Source of the DNA: Somniosus microcephalus
Lineage: Eukaryota
Length of the DNA: 64,000 nt
Assembly: GCA_052327205.1 (NCBI GenBank)
Contig: CM126202.1
Location: 201,190,001 to 201,254,000 of the forward strand
Direction of reading: 5' to 3'
The position numbers and the translations under genes are program-made. Of this stretch, positions 10,978-21,715 are shown piece after piece; position 1 is the first letter of the stretch, and each line of letters starts with the position of its first letter. Under the pieces are notes generated by a model, which worked only from the letters and a program-made list of their open reading frames with translations, ran no database searches and was not told where the DNA came from.

Positions 10978-13707
10978 CAGATTTTTCTTTTTACCTCTAA
11001 GTTACGACTTTCTTAGCTCTACTTTATTATCAATATTTTGTTGGGCAGGATATTACAATTGGTACATGTCTAGGAATCCTAACCAATAATGTTCCTACTT
11101 AATATCTTAAGTTACAAATCAGAGGACACAAAGGTTATCTTTTCAGCAGGACCCTTAAGTTCCTAAACAATTTTGAAACAGTCATGGAGTGAAATATGCG
11201 TTCAATGTTGTTAATAATTATGTGGCTGAATTTCAAATTATTAAAAGCATAGGCATCACTATTGTGAGCTTTATTTATAGAAACAGTTTCTATATCTACA
11301 ATCATATCTCAGCATTGCACTCTTAGTAATGTCCAGCTTTGTTCAAAACCAAAAGGACATCTTTACCGTGATAGCTTTCTTTTTACTAAAAGCTGTAGAA
11401 AAATTCACAGCAAGTTTGCGTGACTATGGCATTTATTTAATTTATTATCAAGACAATAATTTAATAAAATGCCTTGAAATATGTGTATGTGTGTGCATAG
11501 ATATATATATTCTAGTAGTGGAAGATGTGTTGAAATTAAACAGTTGCATTTAAGCAACACCAAATTTTATATTTATCTAAGCTAATATTCTTCTAATAAA
11601 ACTTGGAACGTGTGCCAACAACCTCAGTGTGGGTCCTGTGAAGGTCTGCTGTTTAGTTTGTCTCTGACATTTAACAATAAAGACATTTTCTCTGAAATCT
11701 GTAAGAAAAACCTTTGGGCAGTGTTGTAGGGAGCAGAGTCTCATGCAATCAAGTCTGACATGTCACAACTTTCCCCCCCTCCCCCCCCCCCCAGAACATA
11801 GTAAATCAGCAGTTGTGATTTCTTGTCTAACTCTTCACTCATGTCTAAACTAAAACTTTTTAATATTCCACTAAACATCTGCAAATAAAGCCACAAAAAA
11901 GAGAGGAGTACAACAAGATAAGTCAACTTGAATTTGAAATCCACTGCAGCATATTAAGTGGCGCAGTCTCATTGTAAGAAAGGGCGACCCCGCGGCTTCT
12001 TGCAGTTTGAAGCTAATTGTTTTCGTCAGGATGGGAACGTCTGGAAGTCCATTGCAGTGTCCCACCAGCACAGCTTCAGTAACTGAGCCGGCCTGCAGAG
12101 AATGAACCCACTTTGTACCGACNNNNNNNNNNNNNNNNNNNNNNNNNNNNNNNNNNNNNNNNNNNNNNNNNNNNNNNNNNNNNNNNNNNNNNNNNNNNNN
12201 NNNNNNNNNNNNNNNNNNNNNNNNNNNNNNNNNNNNNNNNNNNNNNNNNNNNNNNNNNNNNNGGCTGACCTGGAAAGAAGATTCTGAGACAGGAGAATAA
12301 AAGACCAGGCCCCATGAACACAACATATTGTTTCATTTTAAAGTATGATTCCCATACAAGAGAAAATAGAAAATGTGATGTAAATTTATTTAAATAGATT
12401 CTGCTGCTCCAAAGTTTGCCAGTCACTCTTGCTTAACTTTCCCAGCTCCCTGATTCGTTGCTTACAGTGGGAATATAATGACATATAGTCATCATTGTAA
12501 CAGCTTCTTTGCAGGGGCACAATAATGATTAATAGCCAGCAGCAAATTTTCACATGGGCTTGGAGGCACTGTGGCACTAAGCATACCAAACACTCCCAAA
12601 TCCCCTTTTCTGTTCCAATCAAAAGTCCTCTCCTTGTACCTTGCAGTTATGAACAAAGCCTATCTTAATTCCAATCAGATTTCCTTAATTCAGAGTAGAC
12701 CTTCTTTTCTGATTGATTAGTGTGCTCTTTTTTCCCTTTCACTTCTTTTCACTTGTGTGCATCAGAGGCACAGTGGTATTTCTTTCTTTTTTTAACATTT
12801 GTTCCCAGGATTACTAAATATTTCCTTAAAAAAACTTAAAGTGGTAAACTGTAATCTGCTGTAGAAGAGAAGGCTGTTTGTAAAAAAAAAATTCTCTCTC
12901 CTGTTTTCAAATTCTTTGACCAACACCAAGTTGTAAGAAGTGTAAAGGAGCAGCAAGCCTGACAGACATAAATCTGGGTTTGTCCAGAGTATGCAGAGCC
13001 ACAACAATAGGTTGGCTCTATTCATTGTATCACAGCTGGTTCCCATGAGAGACTAACAACTGAGAATAGAGTAGATCAGTTTTCCTGACGGGGATGTTTA
13101 TTCATTTTATGATGGTAGTCACTTACAAATGAAAAGGATTCACATTAGGTTTGATGTGTATGACATATATTCATAATGGATCCCAACTACAGTACAAAGT
13201 TAAATGTAAGAGTTCAGACAGCGCATATACTTCAAAGATCCTTCATTTTAACCCTTGTAACAGGAGGGTAACAAAATATCTGTACCTAACATCTTCGTAC
13301 ATGTAATGTTATACTGTCATCCACCAATAATTTTCTGGTACAGAGCATACATCTGTGACTTACATATTCTCTTGTCAGTTTATTAGCCTGTCTACTAATG
13401 TTGAGCACAGATGAAGTTTACATAATTTAAAGATAAAGCTTTTTAATGTGATTACAGAGGAAATCCTATACAATATTAAGCAGTCACTCAAGGGACAGAT
13501 AGACTATGAATGTTTGAAACAGGTGGCTGTTTAATACGGATACAATCCTTGCACAGCTGAGCTCCACTTCAGGTGAGTTAGTATAGTTAAGTGTTACGCT
13601 TTAAGTGCATGTAGAAAGTTTTGTGCTATCATATATCTCCCTTTTAATCTGTCTCTCTGCCAATTCCTTTTGCATTTTCTTTCTTAAATTTCACGGCTGA
13701 AATTTCT

Positions 13708-14155
13708 TGAGTCAAATGTTGTGGATTCAAGTCCCACTCCAGAGTCCTGAGTACAAAAATCTAGGCTGACACACCAGTGCAGTACTGAGGGAGTACTGCA
13801 CTGTCATTAAACCGAGGTCCTGTCTGCTCTCTCAGGTGGACGTAATGGCCTACTCCTGCTCCTAGTTTCTATGTTTCTATGTAAAAGAGTCCACGGCACT
13901 ACTTCAAAGAAGAGCAGGGGAGTTATCCCCAGTGGCCTGGCCAATATTTATCCCACAATCAACATCACTAAAGAAACAGATTATCTGATCATTATCACAT
14001 TGCTATTTGTGGGAGCTTGCTGTATGCAAATTGGCTGCTGCGTTTCTTACATTACAATAGTGACTACACTTCAAAAAGTACTTAATTGGCTGTAAAGCAC
14101 TTTGGGAGGTCCGGTTATCATGAAAGGCACTATATAAATGCAAGTCTTTCTTTCT
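13708..14155 (+). mobile_element. DeuSINE (SacSINE1/AmnSINE1-related) SINE
   Basis: B-box-like GATTCAAGTCC. Deu-domain-like TTAAACCGAGG..CTCTCAGGTGGACGTAA..GAAGAGCAGGGGAGTT. L2-type tail GGCACTATATAAATGCAAGTCTTTCTTT. Family identity is from recalled consensus. Confidence 0.8.
13846..13880 (+). mobile_element. 35-bp CR1 3'-tail insertion inside the DeuSINE
   Basis: TGGCCTACTCCTGCTCCTAGTTTCTATGTTTCTAT matches the CR1 end at 23542-23570. GTAA is repeated at 13842 and 13881. Confidence 0.75.
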
Positions 14156-14791
14156 TATGTTTGCAACATTTCAGATTATTTCTTTACCTATATCTTGGTT
14201 TTTTTTTAGCTCTTTTTCTCTCTGTCTCGCTCTCTCCTCACCTGCCCCTCCCCCTCCCATCTCAATCATTGTTGCATTTACAAATACACTCCCAATCTTT
14301 CTCAGTGAAAACATGTAACAGAACTTAGAAATGTGATTGGTCCTGCAAACTGTCACTAAATATTGTTGGGTGGGGTATCCATTGGTAATTTGATCACTTC
14401 TAGTGGGGAACATGATGTGCACTACATCTGAAGGTATGATTGCTTTAATCAACCATCAATCATCAATATCGAAGCAGAGATTCTCAGAGCGATCATCTTG
14501 TTCATGGTGGGAAAATACATTCTCTTATCCTGCCTACATTGTGAATATGATTTGTCTGTGTCAACTGAGGTTTATTTAAAACCTGTACCAAGTGCATTCT
14601 TAAAAACAAATTGTGTCTGGTTGGTTCTGGTGAAGGAATCTTCCCATTACTGCAGATCAGTGCAAAATTACCATTATAACAAGTTAAGCATTTAACTTTG
14701 AAAAATCTGTTTTTGTCTCCTGAACACCATGATCAATTAGCCTGCAGTACCTTGCCCAAATGACCATTTTCCATGTGTGACTCTAGACAGT

Positions 14792-14933
14792 GGTGTAAAT
14801 TTTAACTTTCACCGACTGCCCCATTTTCCTTTCTATTGCAGTCAATTGAAAGGAAAATCCAGCAAGGTGTATAATGGGCAGCCAATCCACTACCGCCAGT
14901 TTTCCATACGCCAGTGAAAGTTAAAATATACCC
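14792..14933. mobile_element. Short palindromic MITE (Harbinger-like)
   Basis: TIRs GGTGTAAATTTTAACTTTCAC / GTGAAAGTTAAAATATACCC, flanked by AGT on both sides. Confidence 0.65.
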
Positions 14934-15005
14934 AGTGATAGCACACTATTTGACTGAGGGCAATCGAAGCTGAACCTGATAATGTCCATACACATACACA
15001 CAGAT

Positions 15006-15949
15006 ATTACTGACTTGGACGTGGGTGTACAGGGCTCAATTTCAAAATTTGCAGATGACACAAAACTTGGAAGTATAGTGAACAGTGAGGAGGAGGGTGA
15101 TAGACTTCAAGAAGACACAAACAGGCTGGTGAAATGGGCAGACAGGTGGCAGATGAAATTTAATGCAGAAAGTGTGAAGTGATACATTTTGGTAGAAAGT
15201 ATGAGGAGAGGACATGTAAACTAAATGGTACAATTCTAAAGGGCGTGCATGAATCGAAACCTGGGGGTATATGTGCACAAATCGCTGAAGGTGACAGGGC
15301 AGGTTGAGAAAGCAGTTAAAAAGGCTTACGTGTTCCTGGGCTTCATAAATACAGGTATGTACAAAAGTGTGGAAATTATGATGAACCTGTATAAAACACT
15401 GGTTCGGCCTCAACTGGAGTACTGTGTCCAATTCTGGGCACCACACTTTAGGAAGGATGTGAAGGCCTTAGAGAGAGTGCAGAAAAGATTTACAAGAATG
15501 GTTCCAGGGATGAGGGGCTTCAGTTACATGGACAGACTGGAGATGCTGGGGTTGTTCTCCTTAGAGCAGAGAAGGTTGAGAGGAGAAATGATAGAGGTAT
15601 TCAAAATCATGAGGGGTCTAGACAGTGTAGATAGAGAGAAACTGTTCCCATTGGTGGAAGGGTCGAGAGCCAGAGGACACAGATTTAAGGTGGCTGGCAA
15701 AAGAACCAAAGGTGACGTAAGAAAAAACTTTTTTATGCAGCAAGTGGTTAGGATCTGGAATGCACTGCCTGAAAGGGTGGTGGAGGCAGACTCAATCTTA
15801 TCTTTCAAAAGGAAGTTGGATAAGTATCTGAGAGAAAACATTTGCAGGGCTACGGGGAAAGGGCAGGGGAGTGGGACTAGCTGAGAGTCGGCATGGGCTC
15901 AATGGGCTGAATGGCCTTTTTCCGTGCTGTAACCATGCTATGATTCTAT
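15006..15949 (+). mobile_element. CR1 LINE 3' fragment
   Basis: ORF remnants [21 protein letters not shown] and WNALP. Tail CTATGATTCTAT. Confidence 0.9.
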
Positions 15950-15993
15950 CACACACACCCACACATACACACAACCACATGCACACACAAACA
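15950..15993. repeat. (CA)n microsatellite abutting an assembly gap
   Basis: Imperfect CA run. Confidence 0.85.
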
Positions 15994-16158
15994 NNNNNNN
16001 NNNNNNNNNNNNNNNNNNNNNNNNNNNNNNNNNNNNNNNNNNNNNNNNNNNNNNNNNNNNNNNNNNNNNNNNNNNNNNNNNNNNNNNNNNNNNNNNNNNN
16101 NNNNNNNNNNNNNNNNNNNNNNNNNNNNNNNNNNNNNNNNNNNNNNNNNNNNNNNNNN

Positions 16159-16653
16159 AGCCGAGCTTTGCCATGGCTGTTTTGGGCCGGGCGGTTTAAA
16201 TCGAGTGCCAGGCTTTGGGGCCTCTCTGTGTCCCTCTGTGAATCTGCTGCCGGGCAACATTTTAAATCGAGTCCCAGGCTTTTGGGCCCTGTCTGTGTCC
16301 CAAGATGAAAGTGAAAGTACTTATAAAACGTTTTTGGTAAATCTTATGCCCGGCTTTGCCAGGGCTGTTTTGGGCCGGGCGGTTCAAATCGAGTCCCAGG
16401 CTTTGGGCCTCTCTGTGTCCCTCTGTGAATCTGCTGCCGGGCAACATTTTAAATCGAGTACCAGGCTTTCAGGCCCTGTCTGTCTGTCTCTCTGTGAATC
16501 TGCTGCCGGGCAACATTTTAAATCGAGTGCCAGGCTTTTGGGCCCTGTCTCTCTGTCCCTTTGTGAATCTGCTGCCGGGCAACATTTCTACCTTTTAATA
16601 CCTTGAAAGATGAAAGTGAAAGTACTTATAAAACGTTTTTGGTAAATCTTATG
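16159..16653. repeat. Minisatellite of about 60-70-bp units plus a duplicated 47-bp spacer
   Basis: Recurrent TGTGAATCTGCTGCCGGGCAACATTT and AAATCGAGT.CCAGGCTTT. AAGATGAAAGTGAAAGTACTTATAAAACG... occurs at about 16302 and 16607. Confidence 0.9.
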
Positions 16654-17114
16654 TTATTTTTCAAAGAGATACTAACTTTTTCAAAGCTGGATGATCAAAG
16701 TAGTTTGAGTTGGAAGCTGAAGTAATGGCAGTGAAACAATGGCTGCCACATCCCTGAGATGAAAATGATTAGTCCCGCCCACACACACACACACCGATTG
16801 GCCAACCATCAGGGGACCGTACTGTAGGATTGGTCAATCGTGACGGCACAGGATTGGTTGAACCTTGACGTCAGTCAATCAATGCTAGCAGATAATGTTT
16901 AATTTTGAAGGTTTTTTGCATAAGGCACGAACAATTTTCGTCCGACCGAAAAGTAAATACGCTTACGACCGTCCCGGAACCGTAAGCTTTCTTCGGAGGT
17001 AACGCACGCGTAGGTACACTCTATAACTTTCGAACGCATAGCCGGACAGACGCACACGTGAGGACAGACAGACTGAAGGACAGACAGACAGATCGATTCC
17101 TTTATATATATAGA
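16159..17114 (-). mobile_element. Probable non-autonomous Helitron, 5' part
   Basis: Minus strand starts A|TCTATATATATAAAGG followed by (CTGT)n, which is a typical Helitron 5' end. CpG-rich. The 3' hairpin/CTRR end is not visible because of the gap. Confidence 0.55.
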
Positions 17115-19421
17115 TATGGTTTCCAGCAGGGATTATCAAAGCAGGAACCATAGCTGCATTTTTTTCTCTCCTTCCTAGCTCAGGAGCACTGAGAGAAATT
17201 GTAAGATTCCCTACTGCCATCCCAGCTGAGATCAACTTACTCAGGGATCAAACTGGAGATATCCTGACTGATGGATCAGTACCACACTGGTGGTCCCTTT
17301 AACCAAACTCAGCCATAAGGGCAGTCAGTTACGACACTCACCAAAAGGCACCTATTTATAAGGCATCAAATGTGGACCATACTAATCTATTAATCCAAAG
17401 CAGATAGCTCATGGCAGGTGTTAAAGACCTATATTTCTCTCACATTTGGCACAAGCAAGTCAAAAAACTATTTCACAACAGTCACAGAACATCTAGAACT
17501 CATCAGTGATGGAATTTATTCCATTAGTGTCTAGCGTCTAGTAGAATCTTAAATGTGCATTTACATTTACTCTGAATTGAGCCCCACAATTGCTGATAAC
17601 AACTTTGGCTTATTTTCCATGAGCAAATTATCATTTTGCAATTTCTTACACAACATGTCAATTGTGTGAGCAATGAAATAACCAAAAGTATGTGTTTAAT
17701 AAATAATATATGCAGTGCAGAAAGCCCTAGTTAGTGGCTCACAGTATCTGTTAGTTGAGAAAGTTGTACAATTTAGGTTTACGTAACTGAAAACTTTTCA
17801 TTTTAAAAGACTGCATTTAACGTAAGTTTATCAAAATCTAATTTCATTACTAGAATAAAATTAAAATAAACAAACTGATAGGTAATTTTGTTAGTGTGAC
17901 AAATGACTACCTCATTGTACTACTGCTCTCCCATGCATACTGGCTGGGTAGAATTCTCATCTTTGTGTGGCACAGCAAGTCACAACATGTTGAATCCTGC
18001 TGCTTATAATACAAAGTATGAGTTTGCCATCTCACAAAACAGAACAGTACAAATAGCGCAACACTGAGTGACGTAAGCTATGTGTGTGTGGACTGCGGGT
18101 GCAGCAAGATAGAGGCCAGCACAAAGGAATTTCCTTAAGAATCCACAATCATATTCTTGCAACATTTTTGTGGAATTAAATGAAAATTAGATGACTGCAG
18201 TCATCAAGATTTTTTTTAAAGTCCCTGATTAAAAAATTGAAGAATTTTCTGTTCAGAGAAAAAAAAAACAAGTTGTTGACCGTTTTCAGAGAAACAAGTT
18301 TTAAAGCTCCTTTTGAAAAAAACTCTAAATGAAAAATCTTTTCCTGAGCTTTGTAAGATTGGTTATAGTTCTACAACAGAATTTCTGATTTACTTGCTGC
18401 AGTTTTAAAATGCCCCTGTTTCTGGTACCTGTATTGTGCCACATTGTTGGATAATTTATAGAAACCATAACAATTAGCCATTCAGGTTGCTGTGGTGATC
18501 TACAGAATGTGTGAAAACTGTTTATTATGAGTTCAGGTTTTAATAATTCATCAATCATGTTTGTTTGCAAAATTATACATTTTAAGAAAAAAATTACTAG
18601 CATATAGTAGATAATTATAATTAATAAAAAATAAAAAATAGCCTCCAATTGTCTTGCGTTTATGAGGAAATAGCTCCCAAGCTAACTGAGTGCTGAGACT
18701 TCAGGTCAAGGTCAGTCAGGAGCCGAGGGCACTTCAGTGAAAGTTATCACTAATGTCCTATATTTATAGTATAAATTGATAAAAGAGACATTTATCTGCA
18801 TTTCAGTTTTACTGTGAGGTTTTAGCTGAATGAGATACAGTATTATACAATGCGCAGGGTATGCCCTTTCTCTGAAACATGGTGTGAAATAAAGCTCAGT
18901 GTCACTGCAGTTCAAATCACACAACACAATGGTACTTCAGTATGAATGACAGGATTCAATTGTGGGCGGCCAGTGTCTATTTTAACCCCGTGACTATATA
19001 ATTTCAGCAGTAAATTTGGTAATGTTGTATGCATTATAATGAACAATGCTTCTATCAGTACGTATTAAAGAAGTAGCACATAGGAACGGTAGCGTAGTGG
19101 TAATGTCACTGGCCTAGTAATCCAGAGGCCTGGACTAATGATCCCAGAGATGTGAATTCAAATCCTACCATAACAGCTGGGGAATTTAAATTCAGTTAAT
19201 TAAATAAATCTAGAATAAAAAGCTAGTATATTTAATGGTAATCATGAAACTATCATCTGGTTCACTTCAGGTGGATATCACGTTTAATCAGTTGGTCACA
19301 CCGCAGGTAAAGGCTGCATAGGCAGGAAGGGAATGGGTGGCCACCAAACAGTGTAGTAGATGCAGGCAGGTAGTGCAGGGGTCCCCTGTGGCCATCCCCC
19401 CTCTCAAACAGATATACTGCT

Positions 19422-19999
19422 TTGGATATTGTTGGGGAGGATGGCTTATCGGGGGAAGGCAGCAGCAACCAACTTCCTGGCACCATGGGTGGTTCTGCTG
19501 CACGGGATGGGAGGAAAAAGAGCGGGAAAGCTATAGTGATAGGGGATTCTATTGTAAGAATAGATAGGCGTTTCTGCGGCCACAAACGAGACTCCAGGAT
19601 GGTATGTTGCCTCCCTGGTGCAAGGGTCAAGGATGTCTCGGAGGAGGGGGAGGGTGAACAGCCAGCTGTCGTGGTGCATATAGGTACCAACGATATAGGT
19701 AAAAAACGTGATGAGGTCTTAAAAGCTGAATATAGGGAGGTAAATTAAAAAATAGGACCTCAAAGGTAGTAATCTCAGGATTGCCACGTGCTAGTCAGAG
19801 TAGAAATAGAAGGATATTTCAGATGAATATGTGGCTAGAAGAATGGTGCAAGGGGGAGGGATTCAAATTCCTGGGACATTAGAACCAGTTCTGGGGGAGG
19901 TGGGACCAGTACAAACTGGATGGTTTGCACCTGGGCAGGACCAGGACCGATGCTCTAGCGGGAGTGTTTGCTAGTGCTGTTGGGGAGGGTTTAAACTAA
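19422..19999 (+). pseudogene. CR1 ORF1 SGNH/GDSL esterase domain (disrupted)
   Basis: IVIGDS, CLPGA and VHIGTND, then DGLHL and GEGLN-stop in a shifted frame. Confidence 0.85.
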
Positions 20000-21169
20000 A
20001 ATGGCAGGGGGTTGGGAACCTTTGCAGGGAGACAAAAGAAAGGGAAGCAAAAGACAGGTTGGAGAAAAGCAAAAGTGGAAGTCAGAGAAGTCAAAGGTGT
20101 AAATCAAACATGGCCGAAGTAAAGAATAATTCTAAAAGATCTAAGAGTGTTAAAAAAACAAGCCTGAAGGCTTTGTGTCTTAATGCGAGGAGCATTTGTA
20201 ATAAGGTAGATGAATTAGCTGCGCAAATAGATGTAAACGGATATGATATAATTGGGATTATGGAGGCATGGCTCCAGGGTGACCAAGGCTGGGAATTCAA
20301 CATCCAGGGGTGTTCAATATTCAGGAAGGACAGGCAAAATGTACAAGGCGGTGGGGTAGTATTGCTGGTTAAAGAGGAGATTAAACAATAGTAAGGAAGG
20401 ATATTAGCTCTGATGATATGGAATCTGTATGGGTAGAGCTGAGAAATACCAAGGGGCAGAAAACGTTAGTGGGAGTTGCATACAGACCCCCAAACAGTAA
20501 TGTTGGGGATGGCAGTAAACGGGAAATTAGAGATGCTTGCAATAAGGGCACAGTAGTTATCATGGGTGACTTTAATCTACATATAGATTGGTCTAACCAA
20601 ATTAGTAACAATACTGTGGAAGAGGAATTCCTAGAGTGTATACGGAATGGTTTCCTGGACCAATATGTCAAGGAACCAACTAGAGATCAGGCCATCTTAG
20701 ACTGGGTATTATGTAATGAGAAAGGATTAATTAGCAATCTTGTTGTGTGAGGCCCCTTTGGGAGAAGCGATCATAATATGATAGAATTCTTCATTAAGAT
20801 GGAGAGTGAAGTAGTTGATTCAGAGACATGGGTACTGAATTTAAATAAAGGAAACTACGGTGGTATGAGGTGCGAGTTGGCTAGGATGGATTGGGGAACG
20901 TTACTTAAAGGGTTGACGGTGAATAGGCAATGGCAAACATTTAAAGATCGCATGGATGAACTACAGAATTTGTTCATCCCAGTTTGGCATAAAAATAAAA
21001 CAAAAAAGGTGACTCAACATTGGCTAACAAGGGAAATTAGGGATAGCATAAGATCCAAGGAGAGGACATATAAATTGGCCAGAAAAAGCAGCAAACCTGA
21101 GGATTGGGAGCAGTTTAGGATTCAGCAAAGGAGGACAAAGGGATTAATTAAGAGCGGGGAAATAGAGTA

Positions 21170-21715
21170 CAGGTAGACTATCCTTTATCCGAAAACCTCG
21201 GGACCAGCCGTGTTTCGGTTTTCGGAAAATTTTGGATTTCGGAAGGTATTTTATAAGACTGGGAAATTTGTCGGGGGTGGGTTGGCGGGGGTCTGCGGGG
21301 GGGTCGGCGGGGGGGGTCGGGGGTGGGGGTCGTCGGGGTCGGCGGTGGGGTCGGCGGGGGTCGGGGTCGGCGGTGGGGGTCGGCGGGAGTCGGGGACAGC
21401 GGGGGGGGTTGGCGGGGGTCTGCGGGGGGTCGGCGGGAGTCAGGGTCGGCGGGGGTCCGCGGGGGGGTCGGCGGGAGTCGGGGTCGGCGGGGGGTCCGCG
21501 GGGGTCCGCGGGGGTCCGCGGGGGGTCGGCGGCGGTCCGCGGGGGGTCGGCGGCGGGAGTCGGGGTCGTGTGCACGACTTACGCTGACCCTCTGCTCAGC
21601 GTAAGTCGTGCGCCACTCTGGTCATGTCGTGCGCATGACTTACGCTGAACGAAAAAACCTTCGGTTTTTAGAGGGTTTCGGTTTTCGGAAGTTCGGATAA
21701 AAGGTAGTCTACCTG
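21170..21715. mobile_element. Tc1/mariner (Tigger-like) MITE with G-rich core, inserted in CR1 ORF2
   Basis: 24-bp TIRs CAGGTAGACTA(T)CCTTTATCCGAA / TTCGGATAAAAGGTAGTCTACCTG and a TA TSD. Removing it restores EIEYESKLAG. Confidence 0.9.

Noticed and set aside
15871-16308. ORFs spanning N runs (also 12076-12426)
   Set aside because: They are open only because the gaps contain no stop codons.
16159-16653. Repeat array resembling CRISPR
   Set aside because: The intervening sequences are themselves repeated, no cas genes are present and the context is vertebrate. It is a minisatellite.
19083-19170. Functional tRNA gene
   Set aside because: The B box is imperfect, the A-B spacing is long, there is no clean cloverleaf or terminator, and the sequence continues into a retroelement body.
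21144-21648. Gly/Arg/Pro-rich ORFs in several frames
   Set aside because: These arise from a stop-free GC-rich repeat inside a MITE.
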